In this document: piece by piece, positions 1 to 5,019 of the stretch | How positions within the stretch are numbered: position 1 is the stretch's first letter | How the letters are laid out: each line of letters begins with the position of its first letter | Assembly: GCA_038826135.1 (NCBI GenBank) | Contig: JAWBON010000011.1 | Span: 1 to 5,019 of the forward strand | Source of the DNA: Candidatus Odinarchaeota archaeon | Lineage (GTDB): Archaea > Asgardarchaeota > Odinarchaeia > Odinarchaeales > Odinarchaeaceae | DNA: 5,019 nt | Direction: 5' to 3' | Translations under genes and position numbers: made by a program | The notes under the pieces: model-generated | The model's input: the letters and a program-made list of their open reading frames with translations, nothing else | What the model was told of the DNA's origin: nothing | Databases searched by the model: none

Positions 1-76
1 TAGCTCGAATCTTTTAATTAATTGTATAACATTTTATATTTATATTGCTATCCTACTCTCAGCTGGGGGTGGACTT

Positions 77-286
77 GTGGAGGCCGCTTTGAAACATAGC
101 CGTAACACGATAATTTACATAGCAATCCTACTGCTTATCGCATTAGTTTTCAATCTAGTCAGTTTAGGTATTATTCAAGTTGACAGTAGGCTTCAACTCG
201 CGCTGTTAGCGGTATTATTAGTTTGGATAAGTGTTGGTGTCGCTATTCTTGTAAGATGGCTTGTTAAAATCTTCAGGTCTTTTTGA
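77..286 (+). CDS. Small hypothetical membrane protein (69 aa, two predicted TM helices)
   Basis: GTG start preceded by GGGGGTGG (65-72) and an AT-rich TATA-like stretch (about 33-44). Two hydrophobic segments (IIYIAILLLIALVFNLVSLGII; LALLAVLLVWISVGVAILV) with basic N- and C-terminal flanks. No family recognised. Confidence 0.7.
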   Translation: MEAALKHSRNTIIYIAILLLIALVFNLVSLGIIQVDSRLQLALLAVLLVWISVGVAILVRWLVKIFRSF

Positions 287-300
287 AAAACATCTTACAC

Positions 301-933
301 TCATATATACTTTAATATCGCTGACAGGTTTTCACCATCCACTACGATTTTAGCCTCTTTTTTAACAGCTTCACTGCTCGTATTGAACGCTATCGAGTTA
401 CTCACGTATTTAAATAATGGAATATCGTTTTCAGAGTCACCGACCACCATAGCATTTGCAGGCGGTATGCCTTTATTCCATAATATCCGTCTCGCTAATA
501 CATGCTTCCCGTAATATGGGACGTTTACGATAACATTTCCAGTTACTATGTTATCCTCAAATACTAGGTCGTTAGCGTAAACCTCTTCTAAACCTATAAG
601 CTGTAGTTTCTTTCTTAAAGCTTTAAGGGGGATACCGGAAGATAATGCTACTACAATCCCCTTTTTCAGTAGTTTTTTAACAGTCTCTTCAACCCCTAAA
701 TTGAAGGGTATATTCATAACAACCCGTTCGATCTCATGATAGCTCACACCCTTCCAGAGTGAAGCTTCCAGCTCAGCCCATTGATGGTAGGAGATCTTGC
801 CGTTAAAGAATAGTTCCCTGTATTTTAAAACACGCCTATCTTCCAGTGTAGCTAAAGATTCGTGAATATAACGCCATATGCTCTTAGTTTCAAGTATAAC
901 CCCGTCTATGTCCAAGAAGAATATTTTAAACAT
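301..933 (-). CDS. HAD-superfamily hydrolase, subfamily IB (phosphoserine phosphatase-like)
   Basis: Motif I DIDGV near the N-terminus, motif II LSSG, motif III Lys (GKHVL), motif IV VGDSENDIPL; the ANDLVFEDNIVTG segment is typical of SerB-like HADs. Substrate is not assignable. Confidence 0.88.
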   Translation of the reverse strand: MFKIFFLDIDGVILETKSIWRYIHESLATLEDRRVLKYRELFFNGKISYHQWAELEASLWKGVSYHEIERVVMNIPFNLGVEETVKKLLKKGIVVALSSGIPLKALRKKLQLIGLEEVYANDLVFEDNIVTGNVIVNVPYYGKHVLARRILWNKGIPPANAMVVGDSENDIPLFKYVSNSIAFNTSSEAVKKEAKIVVDGENLSAILKYI

Positions 934-966
934 AAAATCACTTGATTCAGCTGGAATTAAAATAGT

Positions 967-1170
967 CTATTTTAGAATCATCACTTCTGTAGCTTTTACA
1001 AAAACAGTTACTTCGTCCCCCTCTTTTATTTTAAGCTCGTCAACCGCTTCACGCGTAATAACGCATGTAATTTTAACAGGGCTGTTAATCTGAACCTTCA
1101 CCCTCCCTATAAGCTCCCCGGCAACTATTTTTTTAACCCTTCCAGGGAACTTGTTTCTAGCGCTGATCAA
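967..1170 (-). CDS. mop: Molbindin / Mop-type single TOBE-domain molybdate/tungstate-binding protein (67 aa)
   Basis: N-terminal ISARN and C-terminal VKATEVMI match the Mop pattern (SARN...KS/AT). TTG start overlaps the upstream stop (TTGA); AGAGGG RBS 7 nt upstream (1178-1183). Confidence 0.9.
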   Translation of the reverse strand: MISARNKFPGRVKKIVAGELIGRVKVQINSPVKITCVITREAVDELKIKEGDEVTVFVKATEVMILK

Positions 1171-1730
1171 GTTTTAACCCTCTTATCAAGTGTTATTTCA
1201 GTAGCTTTAACAACCACCTTAACCTCATCATTATCTGTTATGCCAAGGTTTTTGATAGAATCAACTGTTATTATCGATATTATTTCAGGCGGCTCTGAGA
1301 CGTGAACAGTAATCTCGGCAACATCCTCTCCAAGTCTAATCTTCTCAACCACACCGTTTATTTCATTCACTTCATCAGTTTTAAGACCGTAAGCCTCCCA
1401 GAGCGTAGGGTTGCGCAGCGCGCTAACCAGGTATGTTTCAAATCTATTATATATTTTAATTATTTCAAGCCCCTTAGAGGTTACTTCAGTTCCACCACCG
1501 CCTTTAAAACCTCCCTTATAAGATTTTATAACAGGCTCCCCGACTACTCTCTCCATTTTTTTAAGATAACCCCAAGCGTGTCTATAAGACACCCCCAGAT
1601 TTCTTATAGCTGTTTGAAGACTACCTGTCTTATGTATTTCCTCTAAGAGTTTAACTCCGCCTTGACCTATCAAGGCGCCGCCCTCTTTCTCAAGCCAAAG
1701 CTTAAAATTAACTTTTAATTTCCCACTCAT
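1167..1730 (-). CDS. modE: ModE-family transcriptional regulator: N-terminal winged HTH plus one C-terminal TOBE domain
   Basis: ModE HTH pattern (LLEEIHKTGSLQTAIRNLGVSYRHAW ... KGGFKGGGGTEVT); C-terminal TOBE (ISIITVDSIKNLGI ... VVVKATEI). ATG with GAGGT RBS 8 nt upstream. Confidence 0.88.
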   Translation of the reverse strand: MSGKLKVNFKLWLEKEGGALIGQGGVKLLEEIHKTGSLQTAIRNLGVSYRHAWGYLKKMERVVGEPVIKSYKGGFKGGGGTEVTSKGLEIIKIYNRFETYLVSALRNPTLWEAYGLKTDEVNEINGVVEKIRLGEDVAEITVHVSEPPEIISIITVDSIKNLGITDNDEVKVVVKATEITLDKRVKT

Positions 1731-1738
1731 TATTTTTA

Positions 1739-1775
1739 ACCTCTAGCAACCATGATTAACTTCAATTTTTATAAA
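1739..1775 (-). promoter_or_regulatory. Putative TATA box (TTTATAAA, 1768-1775) and RBS (GAGGT, 1739-1743) of the modE-mop-HAD unit
   Basis: TTTATAAA ends 38 nt before the modE ATG, compatible with archaeal TATA spacing plus a short leader containing GAGGT. Confidence 0.5.
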
Positions 1776-1824
1776 GTACACGCTTACAAGAATTAGTAGA
1801 ATGCAAACCTATTTAGTTTTTATT

Positions 1825-1930
1825 TGGTGCCGCGGGGGTGATTTGAACACCCGATTCCCGGTTACCAGGATACCTGGATAGCTCAACTGGATCTTCAGTC
1901 CAGCGCTCTCCCGGTCTAAGCTACCGCGGC
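1825..1930 (-). tRNA. tRNA-Phe (anticodon GAA), CCA encoded, with a 29-nt insertion (probable non-canonical intron) in or next to the variable region
   Basis: Manual fold of the minus strand: acceptor GCCGCGG/CCGCGGC + ACCA; D arm GCTT-AGACCGGGA-GAGC; anticodon arm CTGGA-CTGAAGA-TCCAG (GAA at 1894-1896); T arm GGGTG-TTCAAAT-CACCC. The region between anticodon and T arms is 34 nt instead of 5. Confidence 0.92.
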
Positions 1931-1958
1931 GCTTAGTATTTTTTATTAATAAATCCAG

Positions 1959-1972
1959 TTTTAAGCCTTTTT
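1959..1972 (-). promoter_or_regulatory. Possible BRE/TATA for the tRNA gene (AAAAAGG-CTTAAAA)
   Basis: Purine-rich run followed by CTTAAAA at about -35 to -29 from the mature 5' end. The region is AT-rich, so specificity is low. Confidence 0.3.
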
Positions 1973-1974
1973 AT

Positions 1975-2466
1975 TTATAGGAAAATGTATTCAACATTCA
2001 ATCTCTCAGTATCCACTACGCAAACGCTTTTCTCCCCTGTTAAATACCCGCATGCCTCCCCAGGGTTCACATGAAGCACACTATTCGTTCTCTCCTCAAC
2101 CCTCTTATGAGTATGCCCTGACACTATTATATCATACATTTTAGACTTGATAAGCGATTTAACGATAGGCGTGTCCCCGTGCACCATAGCAATCATCTTA
2201 CCGCCTAGATTACCTTGATAAAATCTACCCGCTAATTCAAAACCGCTTTCAGATATAACTTTTTTTAAATGCAAAAGTTCCCCGTCATTATTACCGTAGA
2301 TGAAAGTTAAAGGCGATAAAGATGCTTTAAACTCCCTGATTACAAAAGGACTTATAATATCCCCTGCGTGAAGTATCCTTGAAACCTCACAGTTATTGAA
2401 AGCCTTCACAGCATCTCTAACAGCACCTATGTTATCATGAGTATCAGATATTAAACCAATCTTCAT
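1975..2466 (-). CDS. YfcE/MJ0936-family metallophosphoesterase (calcineurin-like), 163 aa
   Basis: All family motifs present: SDTHDN, HAGD, GNND, HGD, SGHTH, NPG. Start moved from the ORF-track TTG (2496) to ATG 2466 (MKIGLISDTH), which follows GCGGGG and matches the family N-terminus. Confidence 0.92.
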   Translation of the reverse strand: MKIGLISDTHDNIGAVRDAVKAFNNCEVSRILHAGDIISPFVIREFKASLSPLTFIYGNNDGELLHLKKVISESGFELAGRFYQGNLGGKMIAMVHGDTPIVKSLIKSKMYDIIVSGHTHKRVEERTNSVLHVNPGEACGYLTGEKSVCVVDTERLNVEYIFL

Positions 2467-2544
2467 ATTCAACCCCGCCCGGTAAAATAAATTCAAACAA
2501 TCCTTTATTAATTTTTCACCACTTTAATATTCACGCTCCCCATA

Positions 2545-3084
2545 CTAATCACTCCGCTTTTTTAACATAAGCTCCAGATACGAGTTGGTTATACTATGAG
2601 AGGGTTTAAAGCCAAGCCTCTCTATTAAACTAAAAATCCGTCTCTCAGCGGTTTCAACCTCCATATTATCTTTCACAAGTATTTCAAACTCAGCGTAGCA
2701 TCCTAATTCTTCAACATCATCCATATATATTTTAATATCATCTAGCTGGTAGGTTATCCTAGTCTTCACAATCTCCGCAAGAGGTTGAAACTTCAACTTT
2801 TCAAATATCCGCCTAGCTGTGTCAAAATCATTAAACTTAAGATTTAACTCCTCTCTAGTCTTACTACCAGACATCATCTTAGGACCCTTATATGTAAGAT
2901 AAACCTCTCCACCAGCTCTGCGAAGCCTTAGCGCCTCATCCGTCGCTCTAAAATCAATAACAGGGTGTTTAAAATAAATATCATTCTGCCGCTCTACACT
3001 AAGTTTCAAAGCCCCTAAATTTAGAAGCCGCAGCTGAAATTCCCCCCGGTCTCTTAATTCAACTTTAACCTCAACCTCAATCAT
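2545..3084 (-). CDS. CYTH / triphosphate tunnel metalloenzyme (CyaB-like, class IV adenylate cyclase fold), 179 aa
   Basis: ExExK (EVEVK) at the N-terminus, DIYF, LRLR, TYKGPK, REE, KTR, DDVEELGCYAEFE and C-terminal SYLEL. Start moved to ATG 3084 (GGTGGG RBS upstream). Cyclase activity is not implied. Confidence 0.9.
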   Translation of the reverse strand: MIEVEVKVELRDRGEFQLRLLNLGALKLSVERQNDIYFKHPVIDFRATDEALRLRRAGGEVYLTYKGPKMMSGSKTREELNLKFNDFDTARRIFEKLKFQPLAEIVKTRITYQLDDIKIYMDDVEELGCYAEFEILVKDNMEVETAERRIFSLIERLGFKPSHSITNSYLELMLKKRSD

Positions 3085-3242
3085 AAAACCCACCGTCGAT
3101 AATACAAGTATTAAAAACACTCTTAAAATCTATTACTAAAGGTTAAAGTTTAATCCTAATAATAATTATATTAAAATTAATTTAGATGGAACACTATCAA
3201 ATAATTTAATTAAATTTTAAGCTGCAGTAAGGAGTTTCATAA
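3085..3242. promoter_or_regulatory. AT-rich divergent promoter region between the CYTH gene and the m5C methyltransferase; AAGGAG RBS at 3229-3234
   Basis: Genes diverge from this gap, which holds several TATA-like hexamers on both strands; AAGGAG lies 8 nt before the TTG at 3243. Confidence 0.5.
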
Positions 3243-4202
3243 TTGAATTATTCAAAAATCCAGATTACTCTCCTAGCGAAAAAATACGGTTACCCTAAAT
3301 GGATGGTCGAACGATACACAGAGATTTTAGGCCCTGAACTAGAAGAGTTCTTAGAAGCATGTGAAAAACCCCTCCCTAAATCCATAAGAGTTAACACTCT
3401 TAAAATCAACAGCGAAACACTTATCAGAGATTTAGAAGCTAAAGGATTCAACCTTGAACCTGTTAAATGGTGTCGCGACGGTTACTGGGTTAAAAACCCC
3501 CCAATGTCAATCGGAGCAACTTTCGAACACCTCCTAGGATACTATTTCATTCAGACAAGCGCCTCAATGCTCCCCCCGCTTTTACTAAACCCCTCCCCAG
3601 AAAACATCATACTTGACATGTGTGCGGCTCCAGGAGGCAAAACATCTCACATAGCCCAGATCTTAAAAAACAAGGGCTCCGTGATCTCGATTGAAATAGA
3701 TGAGAAGCGAGCCCTATCATTAAAAAATAATCTATCAAGATGCGGTGTAATTAACACTTTAATATTAAATATGGATGCGAAAGATTTTCCTAAACTAAAC
3801 TATAAAGTTGATAAAATAATATTAGACGCACCCTGCTCCGGAGAAGGCTTGATAAGACAGAAACCTGAGCGAAAAACCTCTCGTACAATAAACGACATCA
3901 TTTACTGCTCTAATAACCAGAAGCAGCTGGTGGAAGCAGCATACCACTCTCTAAATGAAGGCGGCACCCTAATCTATTCTACATGCAGCATAGCACCAGA
4001 GGAAAATGAAGAAGTAATAGATTACTTAATCCGCAATTTCCCGATGAGAATTGAAACAATTAACATCGAGGCAGATCCTGGCCTAACAAGTTTCAAAGAT
4101 AAAACATATGATAAATCCCTTATCAAAGCGAAAAGAATCTACCCGCACAAACACGAATCAATAGGATTCTTTATATGCAAACTCTTAAAGGAGAAATCTT
4201 AA
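3243..4202 (+). CDS. RsmB/NOP2/NSUN-family RNA (cytosine-C5)-methyltransferase, archaeal core-only type (319 aa)
   Basis: RVNTLK, SAM-binding DMCAAPGGKT, motif IV DAPCSG, motif VI YSTCS, PEENE and C-terminal GFFICKL. No NusB or PUA extension seen. tRNA versus rRNA target cannot be decided. Confidence 0.95.
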   Translation: MNYSKIQITLLAKKYGYPKWMVERYTEILGPELEEFLEACEKPLPKSIRVNTLKINSETLIRDLEAKGFNLEPVKWCRDGYWVKNPPMSIGATFEHLLGYYFIQTSASMLPPLLLNPSPENIILDMCAAPGGKTSHIAQILKNKGSVISIEIDEKRALSLKNNLSRCGVINTLILNMDAKDFPKLNYKVDKIILDAPCSGEGLIRQKPERKTSRTINDIIYCSNNQKQLVEAAYHSLNEGGTLIYSTCSIAPEENEEVIDYLIRNFPMRIETINIEADPGLTSFKDKTYDKSLIKAKRIYPHKHESIGFFICKLLKEKS

Positions 4203-4760
4203 ATGATTTTAACCCCCGCTTCTAAAAAAGAGTTAAATACTCTAAGAGAATTCATAAATAATTCATTCGGGCAAAATGTTTTTGAGAAAATTAAAACTAA
4301 ATTTATCATTTATAAAAGCAGAGAACCAGCTTCTAGAACCTCATTCTTCCTTTCAGAAACAGAAAACACCACACTGAACGAGCTAGCACATTTATTCAAA
4401 ACCAGCTATTCAATCGGCTACCCTTTCATAGAACTCCAAAATAACAACCCCACACTTAACTTAGCAGCAATACAGGTAATCAGCCAATTCACAGAAAACA
4501 GGATTAAAGTAACAGATAAAGCAATAGAACTCTTCCTATACGGCCGAGATATTTTTAAAAACTCAATTATCGAGTTCGAAAAAAACCTAGACAAAAACGA
4601 ATACGCTGTAATCACCGATACTAAAAGAAGACCCTTCGGTATAGGTAAACTACTATATTCCTATAATGAACTTAAAAAACTACCAGATAACACTGTAGCC
4701 ATAAAAAACATATTAGACATAGGTCTCTATTTAAGATGTGAAAACCAGAGTATAAACTAA
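4203..4760 (+). CDS. nip7: NIP7-like PUA-domain ribosome biogenesis protein (UPF0113)
   Basis: LFLYGRDIF, PFGIG and the C-terminal DIGLYLRCE correspond to NIP7 FLYG ... PLGFG ... DIGxYLRxE. ATG directly abuts the upstream TAA (TAAATG). Confidence 0.85.
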   Translation: MILTPASKKELNTLREFINNSFGQNVFEKIKTKFIIYKSREPASRTSFFLSETENTTLNELAHLFKTSYSIGYPFIELQNNNPTLNLAAIQVISQFTENRIKVTDKAIELFLYGRDIFKNSIIEFEKNLDKNEYAVITDTKRRPFGIGKLLYSYNELKKLPDNTVAIKNILDIGLYLRCENQSIN

Positions 4761-4941
4761 AATCGGTAATCCTCTAAATATTGTCAAAACTCACAGTATT
4801 AGCCTCAGCCTTCTTATGATAATAACTTTAAAATAGGTGAGTACTTATAAAGGTACATGCAAAAAGTCGACTCACCGAGACCCCCCTCTGAAAGAAGCCG
4901 TTAAAAAGGAGAAAAACGAAAAATAAGCAAAAAATTAGCCT
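4761..4941 (+). promoter_or_regulatory. Putative CRISPR leader (non-coding, A-tract rich, TATA-like TTATAAAG at 4845-4852)
   Basis: 181 nt with no credible ORF, immediately 5' of a repeat oriented with ATTGAAAC at its 3' end. Depends on the repeat call being correct. Confidence 0.4.
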
Positions 4942-4978
4942 GTTGCAAAAGCAAATCTAGAAAAACAAGGATTGAAAC
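4942..4978 (+). CRISPR. Single CRISPR-type direct repeat, 37 nt: GTTGCAAAAGCAAATCTAGAAAAACAAGGATTGAAAC
   Basis: Length 37, GTT start and ATTGAAAC 3' end. The 3' half AAAACAAGGATTGAAAC resembles, from memory, the 37-nt archaeal repeat family seen in Methanosarcina. Only one copy is visible; 41 nt follow before the window ends. Confidence 0.62.
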
Positions 4979-5019
4979 TTGTTTGTTTATTAAAAAATTA
5001 TTTTATACCGTTAACTTTT

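Noticed and set aside
20-47. Possible ModE box (TATAA-N4-TTATA and TATA-rich flanks)
   Set aside because: Lacks the outer ATCG/CGAT arms and the spacing of the known ModE element; indistinguishable from TATA-rich promoter DNA. No ModE box was recognised upstream of modE either.
878-1093. ORF-track 71-aa plus-strand ORF
   Set aside because: Antisense shadow of the HAD and mop genes; no recognisable motif.
1302-1646. ORF-track 114-aa plus-strand ORF
   Set aside because: Lies wholly antisense to the well-supported modE gene; no motif.
1736-1753. 5-codon upstream ORF (MVARG) before modE
   Set aside because: Too short, starts around or before the probable transcription start, and has no RBS.
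1825-1870. tRNA 3' end as an integration (att) site
   Set aside because: No duplicate of the tRNA 3' end and no integrase in the window; flanking genes look like core genes.
2467-2496. N-terminal extension of the phosphoesterase (TTG 2496)
   Set aside because: Family homology and an RBS-like motif favour ATG 2466.
3085-3120. N-terminal extension of the CYTH ORF
   Set aside because: The ExExK motif normally lies within a few residues of the start; GGTGGG precedes ATG 3084.
3203-3216. Perfect 14-bp palindrome AATTTAATTAAATT
   Set aside because: Composed only of A/T in a very AT-rich gap, so plausible by chance.
4418-4615. ORF-track 65-aa minus-strand ORF
   Set aside because: Antisense shadow inside nip7.
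4857-4904. Mini-ORF MQKVDSPRPPSERSR (and an overlapping 29-codon GTG ORF from 4837) as a CreT-like toxin or leader peptide
   Set aside because: RBS spacing is poor and there are no tandem rare codons directly after the start; no positive evidence for translation.
4866-4917. Possible degenerate upstream CRISPR repeats (…CTGAAAG ending 4894; …AAAAAGGAGAAAAAC ending 4917)
   Set aside because: Low similarity to the 37-mer, and the implied spacers (47 and 24 nt) do not fit well.

Overview
Archaeal housekeeping-type window (NIP7-like gene, intron-bearing tRNA, TATA-like boxes, GGTGA/GGAG-type ribosome-binding sites); the lineage cannot be fixed from the sequence alone. Left to right: a small 2-TM membrane protein (+); a minus-strand run comprising a HAD-IB phosphatase, a stand-alone Mop/TOBE protein, a ModE-like HTH+TOBE regulator, tRNA-Phe(GAA), a YfcE/MJ0936-family metallophosphoesterase and a CYTH/TTM protein; then a divergent plus-strand pair, an RsmB/NOP2-family m5C methyltransferase abutting a NIP7-like PUA protein. 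Three things are not visible in the ORF track. (1) The tRNA-Phe carries 29 extra nt in or next to its variable region. (2) A single 37-nt CRISPR-type repeat ending in ATTGAAAC sits at 4942-4978 behind an AT-rich, leader-like region, with no cas gene in the window. (3) The ModE system is split: the regulator's own TOBE domain lacks the SARN oxyanion motif, while the translationally coupled Mop retains it. No wholly new system can be demonstrated from this window alone.
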